Shown: positions 52,773-64,000 of the stretch, one piece after another
Position numbering within the stretch: the stretch's first letter is position 1
Layout of the letters: every line of letters begins with the position of its first letter
DNA from: an uncultured delta proteobacterium
Lineage (GTDB): Bacteria > Desulfobacterota > Syntrophia > Syntrophales > UBA2185
Length of the DNA stretch: 64,000 nt
Assembly (NCBI GenBank): GCA_963695875.1
Contig: CAVOID010000011.1
Span: forward strand, 96,001 to 160,000
Reading direction: 5' to 3'
Position numbers and translations under genes: made by a program
Notes under the pieces: generated by a model
Seen by the model: only the letters and a program-made list of their open reading frames with translations
Told to the model about the DNA's origin: nothing
Databases searched by the model: none

Positions 52773-55700
52773 ATGAAAAAACAAAGCAAAGGCTATCTTT
52801 TTGAGGTCAGCTGGGAGGTCTGCAATAAGGTCGGAGGCATATATACCGTTGTTACCAGCAAAATGAGGGAAGCCATTAATAATTATGGCGAACGTTATTT
52901 CCTCCTGGGACCTGATCTCAAAACCAATCCTGATTTTGAAGAAACTGATGAAGACTGCTGGGTAAGGATCAGGGAAAGTACGGCCATCAAAGAAATCCCA
53001 TGCCGTTTCGGCAGGTGGAAAATCCCCGGTGAACCAAAGGTTATCCTCGTCAATTTCGGAAAGAAATATGACAAGGAGCAGCTGCTCTACAGGCTCTGGG
53101 AGGATTATGGCGTCGATTCGATAGCCGGTGGATGGGACTATGTGGAACCGGTAATGTTCAGTTATGCCTGCGGTGAGGTCATCGAAACAATCTACAATTT
53201 GATGGTCAGACCTCATGGTATGCAGGCCGTTGCCCAGTTTCATGAATGGATGTGCGGCGCGGGACTCCTGTTTTTGAAAAAAAAGGTCCCGGAAATGGGC
53301 ACTGTCTTCACCACCCATGCCACGATTTTAGGGAGAACCCTTGCCGGTTCAGGTGTGGATATCTATACAGCGATGGATCATCTCTCACCGCAAATAGAGG
53401 CGGGCGCCCATAACATTAAGGCGAAATATTCCATGGAGGTGACATCGGCCAGGGAAGCAGATTGCTTTACGACAGTCAGCGAAATAACAGCTACTGAAGC
53501 GAAAAATTTTCTCGGCAGATATCCTGATGTTATAACACCCAACGGGCTTGACATGGACCATATTCCTGATCTCGCAGCGGATAGAGCACCTGCATTAAAG
53601 TGCGAGGGAAAAACTTCTTAGTGCTGCTTCACGGTTTCTGAGAAAGGATTTTCCCTGCAAATACAAAGATTGTGGTCATATCGGGCGTTACGAATTCCAT
53701 AATAAGGGTATCGATATTTCCCTGAATGCCTTCAGCCGGCTCGATAAAGATATGACAAAAGATGAAGTGGTCCTCGCTTTATCTTTTCGTCCTGCGCGGC
53801 CATACGGATTTGATTCCTGCCCTTCAGAGCGATCATACAAAACCGGAACCGGGCAATCCTCCCATTGCGACCCACAGACTCCATAATGAGGCGTCCTGAC
53901 CCCATTCTGCAGACATGCAACAGATTGGGACTAATGAACACACCACAAAACAGGGTTTACGTCATCTTTGATCCGGCATACCTGAACGGCCATGACGGTC
54001 TGATCAACATGACCTATTACGAAGCCCTTTCGGGATGTGATCTGGGGGTTTTCCCGTCGTACTATGAACCCTGGGGATATACACCCCTGGAAAGTGTCGC
54101 CCACGCCGTACCGACGATAACGACTGATCAGGCCGGTTTCGGAACACTGGGTTCAGTTAATGGCGCTGGAGAATGGCGGGGTTATCCTCTTAAATCGTAA
54201 AGGACAGAAAATCGATTTAATTGAAGAAAATTTATATAATATCTTCAAAAATTTTCTATCCTGGAGTGATGAGGAAATTGAAGCGAGGCGTAAGAGTGCC
54301 CGGGACGTCGCACTTCAGGCCAACTGGAAAGATTTCTTCAAGTTATACCTAAGGGCCTATGATCAAGCTGTCGCTGCTGCCCATGAGCGTGCCGAAAAGC
54401 TCATCTCCATAGACTACAGGATGGAAAAGAAATATGTGTTTGCCGGCACTGTATCTACTCAGCCCCATTTTCGGGCGTTTACAGCCGTTGTAAATCTTCC
54501 CCTCAAAATTGAGCGGCTAAGAGAACTTGCCTATAATCTATGGTGGACATGGCACCCCAAGGCCCGCAGTCTGTATATTTCCCTCGATCCAAAAGTGTGG
54601 CCGGAGATGCACAATAACCCTGTAAAAATGTTGGAGACGATATCGCCGGAAAAACTCTTGGAGGCATCGGAAAACCCGAGCTACATGTCAATGTACACAC
54701 AGATCGTCCAGCAGTTCGATGAATATATTAACGATAGAGCCCCCCATGAAATGGTTAAGGTCTCTCCGGCAATCAAATGGTCATCTCCGATTGCCTATTT
54801 CTCGGCAGAATATGGCCTTCATGAAAGCATTCCCATTTATTCAGGCGGCTTGGGTACACTCTCCGGCGATCACTTAAAAACTTCCAGCGACCTCAATATA
54901 CCGCTCATTGGTATTGGTCTTCTCTATAAGAACGGTTATTTTAAACAGGTTATTGATAAAAATGGTATCCAGATAGAGGAATATCCTGAGAACGACTTCT
55001 CTGTCCTGCCCATTCAGAATGTCCGGGACGAAACTGGAAATGAAGTTCAGATATCCCTTGAGCTGCCCGGTAGGACACTTTATGCAAATATCTGGGAAGT
55101 AAAAGTGGGGCGTGTTTCATTGTATCTGTTAAATGCTGATGTTCCGGGAAATACCATTCAGGATCGAAAAATAACGGAGCGACTGTATCACGCGGATCAG
55201 AGGATAAGGATTGAACAGGAAATCCTTTTAGGCATGGGCGGTGTGAGGCTGATCAAAAAGCTGGGCATCAGGCCGCGCGTCTACCACATCAATGAAGGAC
55301 ATTCTGCATTTCTGATCTTTGAACGTATCGCCGATCTTATGACGGAGGAAGGACTTTCCCTCGATGAAGCTACGGAGATCGTTCGCGGCAGTACTGTTTT
55401 CACAACGCATACTCCCGTTGAAGCAGGCATTGAAAGGTTCCCCAGGGATTTGATGGAACATTACTTCTCCAGCTTTATTAAAAGAACGGGCATGCCCTGG
55501 TCACAATTCTGGGAAGTGGGGCGAAAAGAGGGCAGCGAAGAAAAGACATTTTATATGGCGATTTTTGCCTTAAGAATGGCGCATATGAGTAATGCCGTAA
55601 GTCATGTCCATGAAGAGGTGTCGAAACGCATGTGGCGTGATGTATGGAAGGGTTATAACATCTCGGATATCCCGATCGGTCATATCACGAACGGCGCCCA

Positions 55701-57030
55701 TACCAAGTCCTACATTTCACCGAGAATGCAGGCACTCTTTGATACATATCTTGGAGACTGGGAGAATAACATAACGTCCCCTGAAACATGGGAAAAGATT
55801 CGAGACATCCCCGATTCATTGCTGTGGGATACCAGATACGAACTAAAGCAAAGACTTATTAACTTCTTAAGGGAATATCTCTCCAAACACTGGGTGAAGT
55901 ATGGTTATACAAAGACATGGCGGGAAGAATTCTTCTCAAAAATCAATCCCGCAGCCCTGATGATCGGGTTCGCAAGAAGGTTTGCACCTTACAAACGCGC
56001 CGATATGCTCATGTCTGACCTGGACCGCCTGGACAGAATTTTAAACCATCCGACACGCCCAGTTCACATTATCATTGCAGGAAAAGCTCATCCGAACGAC
56101 GGGATGGGAAAAAGTATAATAAAGAAAGTCATAGACATCTGTCGGGATGAAAGATTCAGAGGCAAGATCTTTTTTATCGAGGACTATGACATCAATATTG
56201 CCCGGCGTCTTTTTCAGGGTGTCGACGTATGGTTGAACACGCCTCGAAGACCTTATGAAGCAAGCGGTACAAGCGGTGAAAAGGTTGTCGCAAACGGGGT
56301 CCTAAATCTCAGTGTAGCCGATGGGTGGTGGTGTGAAGGATACGACGGAACCAACGGCTGGACCATAGGACCTCCTTGCAAAGGATATAATCCGGAAAGG
56401 CCGAATGCTGACGAAGAAGACAGCCAGTCGCTGTATACATTACTCGAGAATTCAGTGATACCGACATTCTACAGCAGAGAGATATCGGGACTGCCGGAAA
56501 AATGGATCAGCATGATCAAAAGATCTCTGCAAACCCTTATGCCCAGATTCAACACAAACAGAATGCTTCTTGAATACTACCATAATATGTATCTGCCCAC
56601 GGCCAACCGGGAGCATGAACTTTACATGTATGCACATAAACTGGCTCAAGAGCTTGCCGACTGGAAACGTAAAATTCCCATGCGCTTTTCCTCACTCCGA
56701 CTGTTGGATGCCAGCATTGAGGGAATTCATGGGGATACCGTTTTCGTTGATCAACCGTTGATTGTAAGCGCGAGAATCGATCCGGGGAAGGTGGAGCCTG
56801 AAGAAATTTTGGTTGAACTGATCATCGGGAAAAAAGATGGGTACGAATTTACAGATTCTCCGGATTGTGTGCCTTTAAAGATAGCCGGCAAGACATCGGA
56901 TGGAATTCTCACGTATACCGCGGAATACATTGTCAAGCATAACGGCCCCCATTCTTATGGTATCCGGGTACTGCCGTACCATAAGAATCTTGCAGCCAAG
57001 CAGGAAACCGGCCTTGTCCTCTGGGCATGA
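52773..57030 (+). CDS. glgP: Fused GT3-like glycogen synthase + alpha-glucan phosphorylase (indels in the N-terminal part)
   Basis: FEVSWEVCNKVGGIYTV and FPSYYEPWGYTPLE; then AYFSAEYG, YSGGLG, NEGHS, FARRFAPYKR, EASGTSG. Confidence 0.9.
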
Positions 57031-57062
57031 TTTCCGGAAGCGGTATCAATAAATCGGAGGGA

Positions 57063-57287
57063 TTATTTGCGGCCGACAAAGATCAGGATGATCGTGAGGA
57101 TAATGCTGATGATGATACTTGTGGCCAGGGGAAAATAGAAGGTAAAGTTCTTGCCTTTGTAATAGAAGTCACCGGGAAGCCGCCCGATCCATGGTATCTT
57201 TCCTCCCAGCAGTATAAGGCCGCCTATGCCTGCGATTACCAGGCCGATAATGATAAGAATCTTGCCGATGCCGGAAAAGTCGGCCAT
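57063..57287 (-). CDS. DUF2905 membrane protein
   Basis: WIGRLPGDF, FYFPLATSIIISI. Confidence 0.9.
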   Translation of the reverse strand: MADFSGIGKILIIIGLVIAGIGGLILLGGKIPWIGRLPGDFYYKGKNFTFYFPLATSIIISIILTIILIFVGRK

Positions 57288-57326
57288 ACAATGCCCCCAT
57301 GCTTTCAGTCGTCCCTTTATTTTAAG

Positions 57327-57639
57327 TTAAAGATTTAACGCAAAACCTATCGCGTCACGAATCTCACTAAGCTTATCTCTGGATAAAGTAGTAATCAATG
57401 ATCCGATTCTTGATTTTGAAACCGTCTGTATGTGGTCACAGTTAACTGCACACCTGTTACGCATACCATCTTTTTGGGACAAAAGCACTTCGCTCGGTAT
57501 GTCTCTAATTGTTGAAGTCACTGGCGCGACTGTAACCTTCACCGAGATATTCCAGGGTAGAATTTCTTGTTAATATAACCACAGGACGTTTTTTATCAGG
57601 GCTTTTGAACTTGTACCATCTGACCTCACCCCGTTTCAC
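57327..57639 (-). CDS. PemK/MazF-family toxin (indel near 57540)
   Basis: VKRGEVRWYKFKSPDKKRPVVILTR...VTVAPVTSTIRDIPSEV...VNCDHIQTVSK. Confidence 0.85.
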
Positions 57640-57868
57640 CAATCACCCCATTCCTGTTCTCGTTCCCAAATGCTAAATTCTGTTTTACCGGTAGAATAAC
57701 GCTCGTAGCCCTTTTTATGCTTTTTTTCAAGCATGCTGATATGTACCTGCCAATAGCTCCTTCAACGCTTTCGGGAAATGCAGAGCGTGTTGTCTTGAGT
57801 TTTTTGACAACCTATCAACTGCTTCCACCAGGTCATCATCTAAAGTCATCTGAATCGTTCTGGTAATA
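57636..57868 (-). CDS. Ribbon-helix-helix antitoxin (indels, start codon unclear)
   Basis: RTIQMTLDDDLVEAVD...LEKKHKKGY...EFSIWEREQEWGDW*; stop overlaps the toxin start. Confidence 0.7.
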
Positions 57869-57975
57869 CCTCTCAGAACTGTTGGTATTTATAGCTATAG
57901 TAATCCACATTGCTGCAGAAGCCAAAATAATTATCACCTACTAACCACCAATCGGGGCCGAACCAAGTTAAGTAT

Positions 57976-58014
57976 CTATGCCTGCGATTACCAGATAAGA
58001 ATCTTGCCGATGCC
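57976..58014 (-). repeat. Duplicated 5' fragment of the DUF2905 gene
   Basis: Identical to 57224-57272 apart from a 10-bp deletion. Confidence 0.85.
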
Positions 58015-58109
58015 CAAGAAATCAAACGGACACTTTATCTCTTAAGAAAGTTTTTATTAGTCGATTCAACGCTGATCGGCAACACCGCAAAATCATGATT
58101 CTGTCAAAA

Positions 58110-58199
58110 GCATAACGCGGCGAATTACAGTTTGAAAGATTGTAGCGCGTAGCAATCGATCACAATGTCAGCGTAGTGATGTTGCAGTCCGAATTATGC
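58110..58199 (-). other. attC-like imperfect palindrome
   Basis: Minus strand GCATAAT...GTTATGC, 90 bp, with internal ctacgct/ctacgcgct. Confidence 0.4.
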
Positions 58200-59109
58200 C
58201 GATTTTTAAATATCTGTATCTAACCATGCTAACGACCTTTCAGTGTTTCACCGCGAAATTAAGCGGTTTTAACACCATCAAGATTGAATTGAGGAGTCAT
58301 CCGTCGAGAAATTCGGTGGAAAAATGAGTGTCAGTTGTTTATTTCTTACGAACAGCAATGCGGTTGAACGATTGATGTCCTGACTAAAAGCCGAAATAAG
58401 GAATCTAGCTATGCTATTAAACAATGTGTTTCAGATTTGGACACTGTCACGCTCAAATTCTACATTGGTTTTTTAAAAATTCAATGAGATGTCAATATTG
58501 GTATTAGTCTTAGTCTGGCCTACGTCATAACCTTGCGTGTATTGTTCACATTTGATACCGATACGACGGTGAGGCCTTACAAATTGCATCATTATTTCCT
58601 CAACGCTTCACGGGGTTACCTTGCGTGAAAGTATCGACTGGAATTTCGAACATTTGCCAAAATCTTTTTGGAAAATCAGATATCCGAAAAGCACGCAGGC
58701 CCCCAACTGACGGTGATAGTGGGGCTGAGGTAAGCAGCGTTCCGTGGTCTGGAGGGCGAATTTCAACAATCGCAACGCATTCCTCTAGCAAACCTGATAG
58801 CCTTGACATCTATTTGATCGAACTGGCCCCTTGCTACAGCATTATCAAATCGACTGGAATAGCATGATTCTTTCCAGGCGAGAACGAACGGTTGACTATC
58901 ATGCATTTGAAAGAATCTCGCATCTCCGCGGATATAATGTGTTTGTAAGGTGCACCGATGTGGCTTTGGTTGGAACTACATCAGGGTTTATCTCCAGTTC
59001 AATTCCGGACTAATTCCAGATGGTTTACAAATAGAGTGCGGTTGCATCAGCAGACTGGAAAGCGACGGCAACACGCGAACGATTATCTAGCTTGAACCAT
59101 GAGCTAAGG

Positions 59110-59996
59110 CTTCACTTTTCTTATCATTGCAGTTGCTCAAAATGTGAATCTGGGACGGAGTCCGCTTATAAGTCAATAATTCACGTTCGTCATAAGCAAA
59201 ACCGACAGACTCTTGGAATAGCACGTTCAATCGAGTAATTCTTTTGACTAAATAAATGCTCAAGAGATTGTTCGGCTACATGCCGATCAACTCCAACCCT
59301 CTCTGCTCTGGCAATTTTTGCAACTTGTCTGAAATCGACTCGATTTGAAATTATTCCATCTTTGTATTTTGAGATGAGAATTTCCCTCATACTCTCTTTG
59401 CCCAATTTCTTGACTATGTTCGGCATGCTTCGCTCAACTGTCTTAAGGGCACGCTCCATCTCTATAAAGAAATCTTCGGTAAGTTTTTGCTGAGGTTTGG
59501 GCTTCTGTAACTCGTTAAGAATTACTTGTTTGTATTTATCCGGTAACGCCATGAGAAGTTTGCAACGTCTCAGAAGACCAAGAACCAAACCTGTCTCCAT
59601 AGACAGTTCTTTTTCTGTTGGTTCTCTTTGGAAATTTCTTTCCAGTAACTCGATAACACGCGGAAGTTTGACGGCAATGGTCAACAAATCCCATTGTTCA
59701 CGTAAAGCGTGAATATTGAACATTAAGAGAAGGTTGGTTAGCTGATCTGGTTTATCCTGGATTAGTGCAGGGATAGTCTTACGATTCAGTTTGATCGAGC
59801 AACGCCAGCGCCTTTCTCCATCAATCAGTACGAACCGTTTCCCATCGCGAAAAACAGAAATTGGAACTTGAACGCCATGGCGTCTAATCGATTCCATTAA
59901 CTGAGACATTTCAGCTGGTCGGAAGATAATTCGCGGATTCTCTCGGTTCCGATCAATTGCGTCAACATTGCTTTCTCGAAAGTTTCCTTCACTCAT
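59110..59996 (-). CDS. ParB/Srx N-terminal domain protein (3' end frameshifted, approximate)
   Basis: ENPRIIF, LMESIRRHGVQVPI, LIDGERRWR. Confidence 0.8.
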
Positions 59997-60005
59997 GTTT
60001 ATTTC

Positions 60006-60784
60006 CTAGCAGTTTGTTACGATAATTTCATTGACTTTCCGACGCGCGCCATAAAGCCAGCAATATTTCTTCTTGCCTGGACTGCACAGTTTGTCCAATG
60101 TATTGAGTCATGTATCTCTGGAACGTCTGCTAAGTTAGAACAAATCGTACTCCGCGATTAGCAGCTCGATCTAAAGCAGCGGTTAATCGTATGAGATCCT
60201 TTGTGGTGAACAGATCTTTTCCATATTCATTGAAGATTCTCATTGAAGCCGTGGCATAAGGAGGATCAAGGTAGATGAAATCTCCTAAGATAGTGCGATC
60301 TACCGATTGGAACTCTACAGTTTCAAGTATTGCGTTATTTTGGATACGACTTGCTTCCCTTAACTCTAGGGGGTGAAGCAATTTCCATTTGTGCTTGCTG
60401 CAATAAGGTACATTGAATCGGCCTTCCCGGTTTGTTCGGTAAAGGCCATCAAAAAAACAGTATTGCGTAAATGAATTGTGCTGCTCTCTCATTTGGAGAT
60501 AACTGTGCGGGATCTTGAGCTCGTACCTGTAAAAGCTTCGTTCATAACTATTTGCATACGAGAGAGAACCTAAAATATTATTTCAGGTGCAGTTTGAATT
60601 TGTGCCAATTTGCAGATTAACTCATATTAAGATAGAGAGCACAGCCCACTGGGGTTGAATAGAAAAAAAAAGGGCTGCTGAACCCAAATGGGTCAATATA
60701 TGTTTTGAAGTGAGGCTGCCAAAAGTTCTTGATGGTCGCAATTAGCTGATCTTTGCTACCCGCCCAACGCAGAAATGGCTTCAC
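60006..60784 (-). CDS. Dam-family DNA adenine methyltransferase (heavily frameshifted; possible pseudogene)
   Basis: VKPFLRWAGSK, PFG..SAL, FDGLYRTNREGRFNVPY, DFIYLDPPY, EIIVTN. Confidence 0.75.
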
Positions 60785-61212
60785 GTATTGCCCCGAAATT
60801 ATGTGATAGAAATTCCTTTTGCAATCAACTCTATATATGGGAGTGGTGATTACATGTCAAGAAAAATGACCATAGCTTAGGTAGGTATGATAGGCGTTCC
60901 GGTGGCAAGGAATGCAAAAGGTCGGATGGTCGCTTAGAGTACCCTGATATTGTGCTCCGGGGTAGTACAGTCAGAAGGTATTTTGGAGAGTCATTCGGGC
61001 AGATTTGCCTATATGCATCTTCATTGATATTGGTCTTTACGAATCTTTGCAGCTGATGTAAGGCTCCCAAAGGTAGTCGGATTCTAGATATCGATGATTT
61101 TTGTTCAAAATCTTGAATGTCTTTATAAAATAGATTTAACGAGTACAGGAAGGAAGCGTTATGGTGCAATTTCGATGCGGTCTTAATGCAATCATTTGAA
61201 ATTATATAGCAG

Positions 61213-62196
61213 TCAACGGGATGCCCAGTTGAACGGCGTTTTTTGCGCAAAGTCCGGAGCCAGCGCGCGGTCGTCGACATTCTGGGTATAGATGGTTTCA
61301 AAGCCCATGTCGAGGGCGTGATTGACGACGAGTTCATATTCGTTGCGAGTGATTCTTCTTCCCAGTCGGGGATGATCTTTAACGGAAGGCATGGGCGTAT
61401 ACTGGGACATGATGCTGAGCGGCACGGAAACTGATATATGCTCTTTGATCAGTCTGAATACTTCGAGGCTGTTCTTTATATGCCCCGGCAGAACTAAATG
61501 TCGGATGAGCAAACCCCTCTTTGCTATGCGTTCCTCCATTTCAAGAGTATCGCCAACCTGCCGCGCCATTTCGCGGATAGATTCGAGGACATATTGAGGA
61601 TAATCTTTTGCCCCGGAGAGAACAAGGGCGTCATCTTCAATGCCATACTTGAAGTCGGGCAGATAGATATCCACCATTCCTTCCACTAGTTTTAACACTT
61701 CCGGATTTTCGTAACCGCCGCAATTGTAAACAAGGGGCAGATGCAAACCTCTCCGGCGGGCTATCATTAGCGCCTCCATAATCTGAGGCAGCTGGGGAGT
61801 GGGCGTAACGGGCTCGATGTTGTGACAGCCCTTTTCCTGGAGCGTCATCATGATGCCGGCAAGTCCTTCGCTGTCGAGCCGTTCGCCTGATGTCTGATGG
61901 CTTATTTGGTAATTCTGGCAGTAGATGCACTTCAGGTTGCACGATGAGAGGAATATTGTTCCCGCGCCCTGTGTGCCGGAGATGGGGGGCTCCTCGCCAT
62001 AATGGGTAAGGGCCCGGCTTAACGTGATGCCATCCGAAAGGCCGCAGAATCCTGCTTCTCCAGTGGTCCTGTCGACCCTGCATTTTCTGGGGCAGAGTGT
62101 GCACTTTTTAAGGATTCGTTTTAATTGTTCTATCTTTTGGCTTAGTACAGAAACAGATTTTATCTCTTGCTCACCCCTTTGAAAAATCCCCCTCAA
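61213..62196 (-). CDS. Radical SAM protein (PflX-like); true start probably near 62150
   Basis: CTLCPRKC, HYGEEPPISG, CNLKCIYCQN, DIYLPDFKYG, RHLVLPG, MSQYTP. Confidence 0.9.
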   Translation of the reverse strand: MRGIFQRGEQEIKSVSVLSQKIEQLKRILKKCTLCPRKCRVDRTTGEAGFCGLSDGITLSRALTHYGEEPPISGTQGAGTIFLSSCNLKCIYCQNYQISHQTSGERLDSEGLAGIMMTLQEKGCHNIEPVTPTPQLPQIMEALMIARRRGLHLPLVYNCGGYENPEVLKLVEGMVDIYLPDFKYGIEDDALVLSGAKDYPQYVLESIREMARQVGDTLEMEERIAKRGLLIRHLVLPGHIKNSLEVFRLIKEHISVSVPLSIMSQYTPMPSVKDHPRLGRRITRNEYELVVNHALDMGFETIYTQNVDDRALAPDFAQKTPFNWASR

Positions 62197-63350
62197 TCCC
62201 CCTTTACAAAAGGGGGCGTTCGGAAGTGGGAAATAACATTCTTATAGTATTTTTTAAAGAGTGGGATTTTTTTTGGTGTCGTTTCCATCTTTTCCACAAC
62301 ATCCTTGATTCTTTTGCTTTCCACCAGCTCCAGAAATTCCTCTCCCAGGGGCTGCGCCTGTTCAACCGCCTGCCGCCAGTTCTTGATGCGCGCAGCCGGG
62401 TCGTCGATGAAAGTCCCAAAGTCGCTCCTCTCAGGCACCTTCCCTCCCGGAAGTCGAGCAATAAAGGCTTCCGATGGATAAATCATCAAAACATTATCCA
62501 GAATATCCTCCTGCGGCCGGCGGTAGGAAAGCCGTTTATCCAGCCATCCTGGTACGATCCTTTCCTGATGATTGAAGAACAGCACGATGTCTTCCATTGT
62601 CTGTGCATAGTTATGGGTCAGATGATAATCGATCAGACCGCCATCGCGATATACGCCCTTAGGCGCCCCATAGATATCTCTGACACCGGAAACAACCAGC
62701 GGTATCGCTCCGGAGGCCGCGACGGCATACTTAAAATTGATCTCATTCAGGGGGATATAGCGCCCCCGGAAGCCCGGCTTGAAACAGAACGGCGGCGGCT
62801 TGGGCCCGTTGTAGAACACAACCCGCTCGGCGAAATTATGAATGTATGAACGTTTAACGGCATTAAAGGCGAAGCAAATCCCCAGTCCCATCTTCAGCAA
62901 CCACGGCACTTCGGAAGCCACGACGTTTCTTGAACGGGCTGTAATGATGGCAAGACGGTAATTTTTATTGGCAAGCGCGAAAGGCAGCGCATCGTTTTCA
63001 ATATAGGCATTTACAGTATCCATCAAGGAATCCAGAACTGTGGCGGGGGTATCGGTTCTTTTGTAGATAATGCCGATGTAGGATTCCATGAGAGTGCGGT
63101 AACTCTTTTCCGGCTCAGGCTGCAGCCAGGCGGCAAAGCGGAATGCCCCCGCCGAAGAGCCGACAAGGTGTACCGCCCTGGAACGCCCCAGGAGGCCATT
63201 CTTTAACAGGGTTAGATCGAAACCGCTGGTGACCAGCCATCTGGGTCCTGTGGCCGGGCCAAAATATGTTGATACGCGATCGAAGTGGAAACCTCCATCC
63301 CGGATTATTTCATACGCACGCTTGCCCGCTTTGATACAGATATTGTTCAT
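62193..63350 (-). CDS. Patatin-like phospholipase family protein
   Basis: PATGPRW, GSSAG, YRDGGLIDYH. Confidence 0.75.
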   Translation of the reverse strand: MNNICIKAGKRAYEIIRDGGFHFDRVSTYFGPATGPRWLVTSGFDLTLLKNGLLGRSRAVHLVGSSAGAFRFAAWLQPEPEKSYRTLMESYIGIIYKRTDTPATVLDSLMDTVNAYIENDALPFALANKNYRLAIITARSRNVVASEVPWLLKMGLGICFAFNAVKRSYIHNFAERVVFYNGPKPPPFCFKPGFRGRYIPLNEINFKYAVAASGAIPLVVSGVRDIYGAPKGVYRDGGLIDYHLTHNYAQTMEDIVLFFNHQERIVPGWLDKRLSYRRPQEDILDNVLMIYPSEAFIARLPGGKVPERSDFGTFIDDPAARIKNWRQAVEQAQPLGEEFLELVESKRIKDVVEKMETTPKKIPLFKKYYKNVISHFRTPPFVKGD

Positions 63351-63579
63351 TTTTATCAACCGTTGCGTTTTAAACCCCTGCAACTTCTGGTGAAATTTTC
63401 CCAGATAGACGGAAACTTACCGGGAATCACCACAAATGACCTTGACACTGTCCCGGACGTTCGGTAAAGTATCTCACTTAAAAAGGAATTCCCCGATACT
63501 TTTCAGATTGCGGTTAATACATAATCATGACAAGTTTTGTCAATGTCTATTGTTGAAATTTATCTAAAAAAGGCCGTAT

Positions 63580-64000
63580 ATGGACATCAAGGCTCAGATA
63601 GTTGAAATAGCGAAAAAAGCAAGATATGCCTCCACCGCGCTTGCCCGCATATCTTCAGAGGCTAAAAACAGGGCCCTCCTCGATATGGCGGAGGTACTCA
63701 TCAGGCAAGCAGGCCCGCTGATAAAGGAAAATGCAAAGGATATCAAGAAGGCAAGGCAGATGGGTCTCTCAGAAGCCATGATGGACAGGCTTATGTTGAA
63801 GAAAAGCACGATTGAGGGCATAGCCGAAGGCTTGAAAGAAGTTGCCGCCCTTCCGGACCCGGTCGGAAAAGTGACATCCATGTGGCGAAGGCCAAACGGG
63901 CTTCTCGTCGGGCGAATGAGGATCCCTCTGGGGGTTATCGGCATCATCTATGAATCCCGTCCCAACGTAACCGTAGACGCCGCAGCCCTCTGTCTGAAAT
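63580..64000 (+). CDS. proA: Gamma-glutamyl phosphate reductase (runs off the window)
   Basis: MDIKAQIVEIAKKARYAS...LPDPVG...RPNGL...IPLGVIGIIYESRPNVTVDAAALCLK; absent from the ORF track because it has no stop codon. Confidence 0.95.
   Translation, partial: MDIKAQIVEIAKKARYASTALARISSEAKNRALLDMAEVLIRQAGPLIKENAKDIKKARQMGLSEAMMDRLMLKKSTIEGIAEGLKEVAALPDPVGKVTSMWRRPNGLLVGRMRIPLGVIGIIYESRPNVTVDAAALCLK

Noticed and set aside
6176..60784. Mass pseudogenisation or programmed frameshifting suggested by many split genes (nhaD-like, pncB, pyrG, ilvE, lolA, glycogen genes, transposase)
   Set aside because: The breaks are single-base indels, some in homopolymer runs, and also hit normally essential genes such as pyrG and lolA. 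Long-read consensus error is the simplest explanation.
60831..61337. 168-aa minus-strand ORF
   Set aside because: It overlaps the radical SAM gene in another frame and has no recognisable motif or RBS.
62186..62222. CCCCCTTT-AAAGGGGG hairpins (also near 22587 and 49938) as terminators or ncRNA
   Set aside because: They look like a common short REP-like palindrome family, with no T-tail or other support for a specific function.

Overview
Bacterial chromosome segment, probably from a Syntrophales/Desulfobacterota-type deltaproteobacterium (inferred from gene content and repeat families). Many conserved genes are split by 1-nt indels, which suggests long-read consensus errors rather than true pseudogenes. 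The housekeeping backbone is smc, glpQ, pncA-pncB, pyrG, a long GlmS-like gene, a GlmU-like gene, moaC, comM, ilvE, lolA, a glycogen cluster, a radical SAM gene and proA. Three accessory regions interrupt it. (1) About 2.8-16.8 kb holds three adjacent predicted selenoproteins (PCYCGC-type, HMA-type, OsmC-type), each with an in-frame UGA and a SECIS-like hairpin, framed by a ~50-bp direct repeat. It also holds a candidate Na+/Li+ riboswitch ahead of CBS + ArsB/NhaD, periplasmic metal/redox genes, a 2.16-kb two-tyrosine-recombinase element with inverted repeats and a 7-bp flanking duplication, and a complete IS110 whose bridge-RNA guides can be matched to its own donor and target. (2) About 30.9-45.4 kb is a tandem array of three integrase-less cargo blocks delimited by four copies of the comM 3' end: PAS/kinase signalling; AbiE TA + hydrolase; DEAD helicase + AAA + Csp. 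(3) About 57.3-61.2 kb holds a MazF/PemK TA module bracketed by a duplicated DUF2905 5' end, an attC-like site, a ParB-like gene and a Dam-type methylase. No rRNA, tRNA or CRISPR array was seen.
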